From positions 1,178,001 through 1,242,000 of the forward strand of contig CATNEN010000012.1 of assembly GCA_950097015.1 (NCBI GenBank): a DNA stretch of 64,000 bases, given 5' to 3'. The stretch's first letter is position 1, and the number at the start of each line of letters is the position of its first letter. The notes under the pieces are model-generated. The model was given only the letters and a program-made list of their open reading frames with translations. It searched no databases and had not been told where the DNA came from. The position numbers and the translations under genes are program-made. This DNA comes from Macrostomum hystrix. Its lineage: Eukaryota > Animalia > Platyhelminthes. Below, piece after piece: positions 1 to 12,500 of the stretch.

Positions 1-587
1 TGTTAACCAGCGGTTTACTGGTGTGGCATTCACAAGCACGTATTGGGGTGGCGTCGCACCCAACTGCACAGAAAAATGCTCAGGATCTGGGGCGGCACGC
101 TTCCTACGTGCAGTCAGTGCTTTGCAATCACTCGCTTGCAGCTGGAGAACACTGGATTTGACTTGGCTTGCTGAGCCAGACCAAGCGTGAGGGTTCATGC
201 GGCTGAAGATTGCTTTGGTCCGACACCAACGTATAGAGCTGTTAGCAGATACATTTATTGAACCGAAATTTGATTCGAGTACTGCTCCACCACTCAAAGG
301 TTCCTTCGACCCCAGAGCGTGCATTTCACTGTCTGAGATGCTGTAATTTCCCATACGATCCATGAGCAGCTCCGTCGTAGAGTTGATGTTGTTTAGAACC
401 TTTTCCATTAGCTTTTTAAGAGTCTGCTGGGCAGCCGAAAGCTTTGTTGAATCGTTCAGAGAGTTTAGAGAGCAGTTTACGCTTAGCGATCCATTCTCTG
501 AGTCGCAGGCGTTGAGCAGTTTGTCATTCTCTTCTCGGGCCGTTATGTTTGCAGCCTTCCAAATATTAGATCCAGTAAGAACAAAAT
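1..587 (-). CDS. Exon running off the window: GAIN-like region
   Basis: Open frame from acceptor ttcag|AT at 587 to position 1; MNPHAWSGSASQVKSSVLQLQ; contains RRKR. Confidence 0.75.
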
Positions 588-3500
588 CTGAAGACACGAG
601 GATAAAAGTGGGACTGGCTATTTGAACAAAAATGTGTGGAAACAGAAATGATCGGATATAAACTTAAATTGATGCCCACAAACCTTCTCCAGCCATTTTG
701 AGAGCGGTGTCTGACAATACATAGTGCATGCGTGTTAGGCTCTGCGTCATGTACTCGAATGTGTTACTCGCAATCTCCTAAAAACCATTGGAAATTATAT
801 TTCTTGTTTCCAAAGACCAAAATATATTTATTTAAGAGATAATACGTGCCTGTGATTTCAACTCAAGTTGATCCGGTCTTACCACTGAACTTCTCATGAG
901 TTCAGTTGTTTGTTCAAGGCTGCTAGAATCATTTCTTACAGTGAAGTTGGATAAGAGAGAGACGTAGTTTGAGCGTAACTAAAAATTTGTTGTTAGAATA
1001 TTTCATGTTGCTTAATTTAAATTCTTCGACATTAAAATTACTGGATTACTTAAAAATATAAGTACTTTGAATAATACCTGAGTCATTCGCTGTAAAGCGA
1101 CTTGGTTTTCCTCAACCGTAGCATTCGGACCTAAGAATAACTTAAAATCAACATTCATTAGCGACACTAAGCACAGCATAGTGGACGCGGCACCCTGCTG
1201 GTCTTTTAGCTGAAAGTATTTTGTGAGCTCTTCACTTCGGCCAGTCAGAATATCGGAGATATTGTCCGTTAGAACATCCACGGGAATCGCGGGCGGAACG
1301 ACCTAGGAACGACATAGGACCATTTCGTAAATTATGAAGTAAGATCAATCCGTATTCACAGAACACTAAATAATTAAATCTTACAGTGACAGGAAATTCG
1401 TATCCCTGAGAATCTCCCAGTGAATCAGTGAGCTGCACAGCTATTACAGCAGAAAAATTGTGGCTAGGACTGCCCAGAGGAAAGAATATTTCTGGCGACT
1501 TGGACACTTTTCCAAAGAACAGTGGCGTCTTTCGCTGACTGTCGGGCGAACGAATTTTGAACTCGTAGCGAATTCCACCGAGCTCAATGTCGAACTCTTT
1601 CCAGTCCCAGCAGTTAATCTGGAACTTAGTTGACATTGCTATGCCACTGCGCGGCGCAACATCGCATTTGCCGCCGTAGGGTGGGCTGTTTACGATTAGG
1701 CGTTGCTCCAGCGATACAGGCCCCTCCTGCTTGTAGTTTCTGCATGTTACTATTTAGCATGTAGTAGCTTGCCTTTGGCAGAGTGTTCTCTCGGCGAGAG
1801 AAAGTGGCCGAAGTGAAGCCCTCTGAAAATGGACACGTGACTACTGCTGCCAAAACAGAAGGCTAACTTGCTATCTAGTTAAAAATAGTGCTTTCAAGAA
1901 CTTTGAAAAATAGGGTAGTAATCGGTAATTTCTCTCTTTCCCGGCTCTGTGAGAAGTCGCCCCGGTGGGGCTGATGGTCGACGCGCACAGGACAGAGGTG
2001 TTGCACGTGGGCACCGACGTCATCGCCGTGTGAGAGGACTTCCGGTAGCTCGCAAGCTATGAGCCCGAACTCCATCGCTACATCGTCTCAAACAGGAGAA
2101 ATCGAGGCCTGGCACGTGGCGCATCTGCTCAGGAACGTCTTCAACTAAGCTGCGAAGGACAGCCTGAAGGTAAGCCTCTTCCGCCCGTCCGTGGAGCCGA
2201 TCCTACTGTACGGCATGGAAGCGGTGCCGATGACCGACACACGAGAGTGAGCCCTGGACGCGCTGTACAGGTCCCTGCTGCGTTACGCCCTGGGCGTGCA
2301 CTACCCGAGAGGTTGCCGTCAAGAGACCTGATGGCCGCGCCGGCGTTCCAGACATTAGCGTCACCAAGCGCAGGCGCCGCAAAATGCTGCTGCGCCACTG
2401 CCTGCGGAGTCATGGACGCAGCGATCAAGACCCTTTCGCCCTGGTCCTCCTGCACCAGCCGATGGAGTGGAAGAGCCAAGGCAAAGGGCGAACTGTGACG
2501 CTGACTGACTGCTTTGTGGCTGACTTGCAGGCGCTGGGTCTCAGCCCCCAGACCACATCCGCCTGCCCCTCCCGTCTGTTTCGTGATTGCGTGTGCGCAA
2601 GAGTTCCTTAGCTGTTGCGTGTCTTGCGTATCTTTCCATATAATCGCTAATTTGGACCTTAAATACATCGCAACTAGGTAAGCAAGCCCCATGCTCATAC
2701 CTAGGCCACTAACAGTTGACAGGTCATCCAGCCGTTGCACGGCCGCATCGGTTCGGTGCATTTGCCACATGTACTGCAGCGGCAGGAATTTGTGACCGCA
2801 GTTCTGCCGACAGTCCACTTTATAAATTAGTTTCTTTTCCGAACTAATCTTTCGATCGCAGTTGGAGACGCAGCTGAAAAAAAGAGCATTGATGCTAGCT
2901 CGTCATCGTAAAAATGGTGCAGAGTTCTTAATAATAATAATAATATTTGCAGGAGGGCTGGCACATCGTTTGGTGACACTAGACCCGCAACCAGCCCATT
3001 TCGCTGACTCCTGAGCACACACGCGCACAGGACATCTGCCCTGACTTTCTTATCGTCTGACAGTGTACACTTTACTGCGCCTTGGTGGTTGGCCCTTAAG
3101 GGCGTAAATTACACGACAAGCCCCCAAGCCTTCTCTCCGCCGCTGCGCCCTAAATGAATGTGGCCTTGCCAAGGAATCGAGCTCAGGGACATTGATGCGA
3201 GAGACAAACGCGTTAACCGCTATGCCACTGACCCCCCCTGCAGAGTGCTTACCTAATGCTGACAACTGGAGCCTTTTGAATGCGAACATGCAGCACAGTT
3301 TCCTTAAAATCCCACCGCGAATCTTTGTATACAAATACTCGAAACAGATATGTTGAATTCGGCAGAGTATCATAGGTGTTGAGGCTTAGGTTTCCTGCTG
3401 CCGTACTGTCTCCTTGCAGCACGATTCCGAATCCGTTGCCAAAGCAGCCTTGGTAGTGGTAGGCATCCTGAGTTACTGGTGGAGTCACGCGCTCGGTTAA

Positions 3501-6500
3501 GTTAAAAGGGGCACTGGAGTTCTCGCTTAGTTGCAAACACATCCAAACAAAATAAAAGCCCGTCAAATTTCCCGGATCAACATCGTAGTCACTCGTGAAC
3601 GGAGATGCTGCTAATAGTACAACTTGATTGTAATCAGCTTCAACTGGTGCGGCAATCCCGGCTAGCTCAACGGGTGTTGGAATTATCCGCAAAAAGAAGT
3701 GTCGGGCAATAGACACCGCTGGTTCCACTGCAAGCATGCTTAAGTTGAGGCTGACTCGGTACATGCCGTACGGCAGGCTGCGTTTTGGCAGCCGCAGCTC
3801 CAGTGAATTCGGCAAAGGCATTGTGAAGGGCATTAGGCCAGGATAGGTATCGATCCACCAGACACTGGAAGTAACGTCGGTCTTTGTGCAGTTTAGCTCC
3901 AGCTCTGTGAGCACAACTAGGTCTATAGACCTTCGCACTTGCAAGGGATTTTCCAAGTCAAAGGGAATTACAAGTGTGCCATTGTGCGTAAAGTTGAGCA
4001 GTGGTTCAAAGCAGTATCGATCCAGAACTATTGCCAAGACCTCAGCTGTGGCATTGCTCACATGATTGAAGGCGTAAAGTTGGGCCGAGTATGCTCCGTA
4101 TGTAGAGTACAGGTGCTTAAAAATAAGCGTGGTCGTAGAGTATGATATCTCAGTAAAGTTCATTCCTTTGCTAATGGCGTATGGCTGACACAGTTGATGA
4201 ATACCAAAACACACGCCAGGTGTTGCATCGCCAAAGTTAATAGCAAAGCAGCCATAGGTGCCAAATCTGGCCACCTTGATGATAAATGTAGTGGCGTTAA
4301 ACGTAAGGACGCTACCGTTTGTGCGAAAGCTGCCTATGATTACAGCATCCAGTTCCACATTTATTTGCCTTTGTTCGTAGGCTGTAGACAAAAGGTTAGA
4401 GCAGTTCGCTTGAAGGGTGCGGTTCCCGATGGCTTCTCTCGCCAAGTTCATCGAAAAGCACAACGTGTTACTTGGACCGAGAACGTCGGCGTACTTCTGC
4501 TGAGCAAAAAAAGTGGCCAAGCGAATCAAACAGAATACATTTGTGACATCTTTGCCTGCATGACTGAGGCACACCCTAAGGAATGCAGGAGGATAAACCA
4601 CTGTACTGTTGTAGTCGACGATTAAATCAGACAATCGCTCCAGAATAACTATAGGACCAAACGTGGCGTTGCGTGCACCTAGACTGTTTAGGACGACAAT
4701 AGTTATGGTATAGTTGCTCACAATCTCATAAGTAAAGTTGGCCACTATTTTCTTATCGGCCGGGGCAAAAGCCTCAACAGTACGACTCGATCCCATCAAG
4801 CCAAAATTGAATAAGCCGTTAAGATGCGAACCTGAAGAAACAATTGCACTGATTAGAATTGGCTGGCGCCTTTCGTGCACTAAATCTCCCAGCACCTGCA
4901 AGCCATCGATCGCCTCCTGACAGGTCACTTCAGCCTGCGCCGACAGGTTAGAAACTAGATTAAAGCAAGTGGATCGCAGATTCACTGGCGGCCCAATCAT
5001 GTCTGATCGACAAGCCAAAACTATCACCAGTCTCGTTTTATTAGCTAAGTAAATCGATATTGGGCTGTCTGGACCAAACAAAATCTCACACGTTACATTT
5101 GTTGGAGCAGTGGGCTGGCTGAAGTACAGGTCGACAGTAAAGTTTAAAACAGCAGTCGAAACCACGCTAGGTGCAACCAAAGTGACATTGGTGAGAGCGT
5201 GCTGTACCGTCACTTCAGCTACAATTTTTGCTTGGGAAGAATGATAGTTCTGTGCAATAATCGTGAGGTTATACACCCCAGGCTTCATGTAGGAAATTTC
5301 CAGTGTGTCCATAGCCGTCGCAGACAGCCTTTGCTTATCGGTATAGTTGAATACCCTGCCATCACCTGGGTAGACAGTGTAATAAACGTGAGATCCATTC
5401 TCAAGGGAGAGAAACACAAGGGTGGACTCATTTGAGACTAGCCGATACTTTTCAATCGTCGCATTAAAGCCTGTTACAGTAATCTGCTTCATTACGTATA
5501 ATGGGCGAATCGTGGTTGAGAACTGGTTAGAACATTTCACCGTGATGTTCGCAAACGGCTCATCAACGACATACTGAAAGGTGAAATTTTTATTATCGAA
5601 TCTCCCAAGAGCGAAGCTGGTAACAAACGTGTCATCCGTAGGCAGCTCTGGAGCTATCCAGCATGTGACATTGCTCATGCGGGAGTAGTTAGACCCCTTG
5701 CGCATCTTAATCTGAACGCTGGCATTCAGTGGGACTACTGTTGGCTGGTAAGAAAGGCCCACGGACAGAAAGTCATTCAAATCAGCTACTATTGACGCTA
5801 CTCTATTGATGCGAGCTTCCCCGAACTCATTCCAGAATCGGCAAGTGATTGGCATGTCGCCAACATCATTGGTGTAGCGGTAGACAGTGTCAAATGAATA
5901 GCTTCTAAATTTTAATGTATGGTTTAACGTTAGCCAGTCCCATGTGAAGCTATCTGCATTACCATAAGCCACTTCCGTGTGTACAGCAGATCCAGCATCC
6001 CAACTGAAGCTAACGGTCAGTGAAGCATTTGAAAGGAGAATTTCGTTCGACAATCGACACGTTGCATTTTGTATAGGAATGCCCATGCATTGAACTGGCA
6101 TGTTGAGGTGCTCACACCACCTGTTGTTGCTTGAGTCTAGCTCAGTGTAAGACCCATTTCTGGAGCTGTTAAATGTCACGCAGTAGTTTGACAAGCTTTG
6201 GCACTGCTCGATTGTGACATTTAACACGACGAAACAGAAAAAGTTGGCAGTTCCGCTTGGTGCCAAAGACTGACGCAGACTATCTGTTTGACATTGAATG
6301 GTCAGAGCTGAAACTTGACTATTTGAACCGTTTAGTGTAAGATGAAAGCTCACAAGGTAATTTGTTTGCGGGCTGAGCGCTTCGTCTATTGGCAGTCCTG
6401 TAACGTGCTGCAGACTAGCTTGTAGAGTGAAATGCGTTGGATACCTTGCTAGCCATGACGTATTGCTCAGGTTTAGCAACGCACCCGAAGCTCGTGTGTC

Positions 6501-9500
6501 AATCAGCGGGATGCAGTTCAGAGCTAGGGGCTGACAGATAATGTTGTTGTTCAGGTTTATCTCTTGGTAACTGGCGTTTTCTCCATTATTTGATGCTAGA
6601 CAGACATAATTAGCTCTAGTGCAGCGCCAGTACGCTAGGGTGAATTCTGCTATCAATGGTATAGTCATAGCATTGCTGACGTTCAGCCCAAGACCAGTCT
6701 GCTGAGGATCTGCCAAGGTCGAATTGTTAAAAACGGAGCTCACAGTAAGACAGGCCAAAGATCCGGTACAGTTTTTCTCACTGAAGTGCAGGTCAAATCG
6801 AAAGTTTTCGTCTCCGTCCAGCACTTGTGCGATGGAAAAGTTACCGGACACTGCTCTGATCCGGGCGTTTATTAGAACTCGATACCAAGTGGTCCTGATG
6901 TACGGCTCTGTCTGATTCAGCTCAAATAGCAATAGTTCGGTGTCAACAGGTGGCTGACAGACAATGAAGTTTTCTATGCTTTGGCAGCTGGCATTGTTAA
7001 ATGAGTTTTGATCAACGAACTTGGCAGTTGGTGATTCCACCGTCGCAATGCAAAAATATTTGACTTGTTTGCATCGTCGTCCGCTTTCCAGAACTAGGCT
7101 GGCGCCCACACGAAATGAGAAACTCTCTCCCAGATTCCGGGCAGCCTGCGGATTTCCAGAGACGAGCCAAGTCGATTTCGACAGCCAATAGTCAGGGAGA
7201 TTGGCAGGAATCGATGAGCTCTGAATTGACGAAAAGTAAACGGTAAAATTGAAGTTCACAGACGACCACACTGCCTCGCTAATATTAGCCGAGCCATTGG
7301 CAGCCAGTAATTGTACTGTTACAGATAGGTCTCTTTGTAAGAGACGAGTCCAATAGGACAGCAGTGAATTGTTTGTTGTGATTAGGACCTGGATGTCGAC
7401 AACTATAAAGAGCAAAAATCGAAACAAGAGCTTGTAAAACTTTATTTCGGTCACTAGAAAACAAATTAATTTTACTTACTTGGCTTGCAAGCGAGTCTGG
7501 AGAAGACCCAACCAGCGTAGCAACCGCACTTCAGGTCATATGTGCCATTCGCAGCAATGCAAACGGAGTTGTTGATATGAAAGCAGTTCAAATCGCTTTC
7601 ACATGTTTGACTGAAGTTTCGAGCTGAAATAAAGAATTTATTCATGCAGATGCCATTATAATCTTAGAGCCTGGTGGGAATATATCTTCTCTAACGCATT
7701 GTTATGCTATCTATTTTATGTTCACTTAATTCCATGCTGATTTGCACGATTCACTAAAAAAATGCAACGAGTCGCTTAGAAAGTTTGTGCAGTACGACTT
7801 GCGCTTTTATGAGCTTTTTTATGAAAATTAATAAGCTAAATCACGTTTCTACAACTTTACTTGTACAATTCTACAACCCTTCTACATTTTTACGGTTCTG
7901 GGAGCAATGAGTACTTTGTTCCATTTCCTTGCTTAATTAATGCTTCTTTATGCTCAAAAGGACAAGGATTAAGTTTTTTATGTTCATCGAATTATCTTAC
8001 CTGGCTCAGCTTTTTCAGTGGACAACATCCGCATGGAAACTCGACCTCCCTGCAGTTCCGGTGACCATTCCAGTTGCTCGCTCTCTCCAGTCAGCTTTGT
8101 TGTAAATAAGCATCCTGCGCCGGCTTTGTACCACCACGCGCTGCCGCTAGACGAGGCGCACGCGCGTTGATCGCCCCAGTCGAAGCTGCTAAACGACAGT
8201 CCATTGAGTGACGCAATTGCGGAAGCTTCATCCGGACCGTATGCGCTTGTGCAGTTGCCGACAGTCAGTCGGTAGTTCTGGAATACCGGGCCAATCCGGA
8301 AGCTGTTGCATTCCGAGTAGCGATACTGACCAGCCCTGCGAACAAAAATGCGTTTACTTTAGACAGCTATACCCATTTGCAGCGCCTGATGAAAGATAAT
8401 AGGAGATAGGACAAGTTTCATGATTCATAAGCTGCAAGCGACAATATTTTACCTGTCCCAATAGTCAACTCGCAGTCGATAGTTCCTAACCAACAACAGC
8501 AGCTGCAGCAATTCGTGTCCTAGCCAGAATGAGCTGCTGCCATTGGCCTCGTGCCGGAAGCCATTCTGATAGGCTGCCCAGCTCTGATTCATACTCCAGT
8601 TCTTGTCCCAGTTTCGGTAGAACAACAGCCAGGCTCCTTGACAGTCAATGACTTGCGAGCTGCCCTGCGGGCTCACCAACTGAAGCTGGGTCTTATTTTC
8701 GCAGGACAATTTATCACCTGGGAACAAATGATAAAATTTTTTCTTAAGGAAAAAACTCTAGTACACCTATACAAAGAAATGGTAGGGTAATTTTTTTGCC
8801 TGACTACATTGATACGCTCGTATCTACGAGCCGTATCTGCATCACTATCCTCACTTACCACTGCCACCACTGCAATAAACTACCTTTACTACCGCTACCT
8901 TCACTGCATTTAATGCACCGCTACCTTCACTGCAAGGGGTTCAGTGGGAGAGCGGCTAACGCGAGTTTCCTCTCGCACCAAGGTCCCTGAGTTCGATTCG
9001 GCAGCGACGCCACATTAATTTAGAGCGCTTGGGGGTCTGCCGTGCAATTTACGCCCTTGAGGGCCAACCTCCAAGGCCTGGTGAAAGTTGTACACTGCCA
9101 GACGATGAGAAAGTCAGGGCAGATATCCTGTATGTGTGTGTGCGCCAGGAGTCAGCGAAATGGGCAGAATTGCCTCCTCGCTGGCTGCGGGTCTACTGTC
9201 ACCAAACGATGTGCCATTGCACACAGTCCGTTTGCTTTCCCTAGACGATCAGTTTTAGGGTTTTAGATGACGAAATACTCAAGGATAATTGTGAATTGAA
9301 ACCTGCAACCTACCGTCAAAATCTGTCGCCCACAGGTCCACTTTCATGGCCCCGTTGGTCGTGTAGGAATCGGGTTCAATGAGCAGCTTGCTGGCATAGA
9401 TGTAGCGCCTCAGCCTGACTATCAGTGGGCTGGACATGAGGTAGGATGACACAGACAGTGCACTCTGCGGAAAATTCAACACAACTTTAGTACACAATAA

Positions 9501-12500
9501 ACACAACAAACTAATTAAGATTAAGACAATAAAAAGGCAAGCAAACCATTTGTTTCAGCCGCATGCAACACATGCAAAAAAATCTAGCATTCATAAACCC
9601 ACGCAGATAAATTGAACAAAACAATATAGGTTTGCCAATTTAATCTTTTTATAATATGTAAAAAAATAATTGATTACAGCTGCCCTTATTGGAACATATG
9701 TCTGGCCTACAGCACAGCCGCAGCTATTGCGCGGCGCACTTAAAGGCTGTGTACGGCTGTTCAGTCCATGGACTGGGTGAGGACGCAACACCCACCCTCA
9801 ATTGCATGAGCTGATGCTGGTAGCCATTTAACAGCAGCTCGATTTCTAAGTGACAACCACAGCCAGCAACGAACTGAAAATCAAGATTTTATGCACAGCA
9901 GCTGAAACTATACGGCTCTACGGACTCGAAACGATACCGATGACGAAGACGCGCGAGGACGCTCTTGACTCGCTCTACAGGCGATGCTCAGGTATGCCAT
10001 GAGATCGGAGACCCGGCGCTTTAGCGGAAAACAGAAACTCATCCGCTACACCGCAGCACCCTGCAACTACGGCGCCAGCGGCTTCTTGGCCATGTTCTCC
10101 GAAGACAAAGCCGAGGCGAGACCAACCCGGTGGCAATGACTGTTCTTCATCCGCCGCGTGACACGCTTAGGCCGGGCTCGGGAGAACTTCTACACTCGCC
10201 CAGACCTACCTGAACGACCTCGAGGCAATGGGCATGACCCATTGAGACTGTCGTCTGCACCGCAACTGTTTCGCGAACGTCTGTGCGCTAGGGCCTCTAG
10301 GTCCTTGCGTCTACTACGAGCTACTACTACGTATACTAGTACGTCTACTCGTACTACTACTGCTACTGCCAAATGACATAAATTGTTCCAGTAGAGCCAG
10401 GAATCGAATCGCCGACCTTCAAGTCTTTAGTCAAACGCTCTTACCCCTTTAGAGGCTACAATCAGATTTTTTTAAACAAGCTTACTGGACTGCCGGCTGA
10501 GTTGATGCTACCGAGGACTGCGGCGCTGCCAGGCGCAGAGTCAGAATAGTACACCGACATGCCTGAATAGAATCTCACAAAGGCGTCCTTCGTACCGGCG
10601 CCCATCAAAGTGATTGCGAAGAACATCCACCGGCTGGTGAAAGTGATCTGAAATCATAATGTCAGAATTGGAATATTTGTGATCGATGGTGAGATCAACC
10701 AACCCGGAACCTGCAGGCCGAATAGTACTAATGCCGTATATTAGTAACTTGAGCAGTCAATATAAGAGAGTATTGCCCTTGGACCGCAAGTTATAATACG
10801 AGCTAACGTGCACGCACAGACTTGACCCGGAAATCCCAATTAAACCCAGACTATTTATAAATCAGTGCATACCCGAGCTAATGACAACCTAGACTAATTT
10901 AAAATCAGCGTATCCCCGAGCTGTATCCCCGAGCTAATGACAAATTGAGCACTACAACTGCTTCTCACTTCCAGCCGTTGCCCGTTCCAGAACTGTGAAG
11001 TCGAGCCTGGCGGCTGCACGAAGGTGATCATGGCAAAGTCTGGCGTACCCGACACTGTCTGGCCTGACAGCTGGTAGCTGACATTGTTTTTTACGTTAAG
11101 CAGATTGAGCCAGGACTCTGTGGATAGGGTTTTTAACTCTCTTTGAGATTGTTGTGGCATGTGATGTGAACTTGTTGCGGACCCTTGCCGTAAATTATAG
11201 CATAAATAAAATGGATTATTATTTGCGTGAACATGTGTTATACCTCGACAGAGCTGCTCAATGACATATGACCCAGTATCGCTGGCGGCCGAGTAATTGA
11301 CAGTCAACGTGTCCATTGTGCTGAAGTACGTGTCCAGATCCTTTGTCTCTAAACTTCTACAGCTGCTGCTCCCAGCGTACTGGCAGGCCTTGATCGCCTC
11401 TGGCAGGTTGCGCCAAGGCTGTTGGACCTTGGGAATCTCATACAGTGGATTTAGTGAGGCCAAGCGTGAATTCAGATAGACATTGTAGTAGGGATCGAAG
11501 CACTTTCGGCTTGAAAGAACGTCTGCAAGAGAATCGGGACGGTGAAAAACTTTTTGGTTGCACTTCTTTGAGTAAAACTGGCTGATGAAATGCTTTTCGA
11601 TTTGCAAGCGTGAGTGCCCCGTTCCATTGCTAGCAACTCACTGGCGGGCACCTCGCAGAGCACCATCCCGACACCGCAGTCGACTAAGCCGCTCCAGCTT
11701 TCGTCAGTGAACACTGACACAGCGCAGACATCGGTGGCAGCTGGCTCGGAGGTCTTCCAGTGCTGCCAGGTCACGGGCTCTCCGGTAGCTTCGACTAGCC
11801 AGGATCCACCGGATGAGTTTCGCACGATGCCTAGATGGACGTTGAACGACAGGACGGCACCAACTGAGCTGGCTGGACGGGATCTGAAGAGTGGGGAAGT
11901 GCTGCTTATAAAAACCGATGGCGAGTGTGCCAAAGGCGGATTCGTATCCTTAAAGATTCTCGAAGGTAATGCCATAGGCGTTTCAGAAAATTTAGTGCCA
12001 CAATTACAACCAACTGACGCTTGTCGCAACCAACGCAAAAATATCCAGGATGTGTCGATAAATAACGCAAGAAAGGTGTAAATTCGTCGTACGGTTGGTT
12101 GCGAATTTAAGTTTTTATGGATTTACGCTTTTCTGCCAGCCGGGTCATCACGTAATTCTTCGAGTCCAGAATAAATAGAAAACCTTTTGTGAGAGACTGA
12201 TATCAAAAGTTAAATTAGCAAATTAGCCAGGAAAAAATAAACATTACTGTTGCCAGTGAGCATAGCCTATGCGCATGGCTGCGTAGTCGTAGAAGCTGGT
12301 GGGCACAAACAGTTCGGCGCGTCGGGTCCAGCTGATGTTGCGGCAGTACTCAAGTGCCAACGGGCGCGTCAGCTGGGCACTGAAGTCCGCGTAGTGGTGA
12401 AAGCAGCGACCGTTCAGGTAGTAAAAATTGATCGGGCATTCTGCGAATGGGAGTTTGAAGAGATAACAATCGTTTAGCTTACTTGCCCTAGCTTTGTAAT

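Noticed and set aside
362-625. Plus-strand ORFs antisense to receptor exons (here and many similar)
   Set aside because: Shadows of GC-rich coding exons on the minus strand
8095-8125. Suspected frameshift in the FReD exon
   Set aside because: On re-reading the frame is open (WWYKAGAGCLFTTKLTG)
10385-10460. tRNA-like sequence (also at about 32600-32670 and 25330-25370)
   Set aside because: Only A/B-box-like motifs, no convincing cloverleaf; best explained as SINE heads
11472-11645. Overlapping ORFs suggesting a frameshift after CTL5
   Set aside because: Explained by a phase-1 intron (11641 to 11523); the overlap at about 30450-30498 is probably similar
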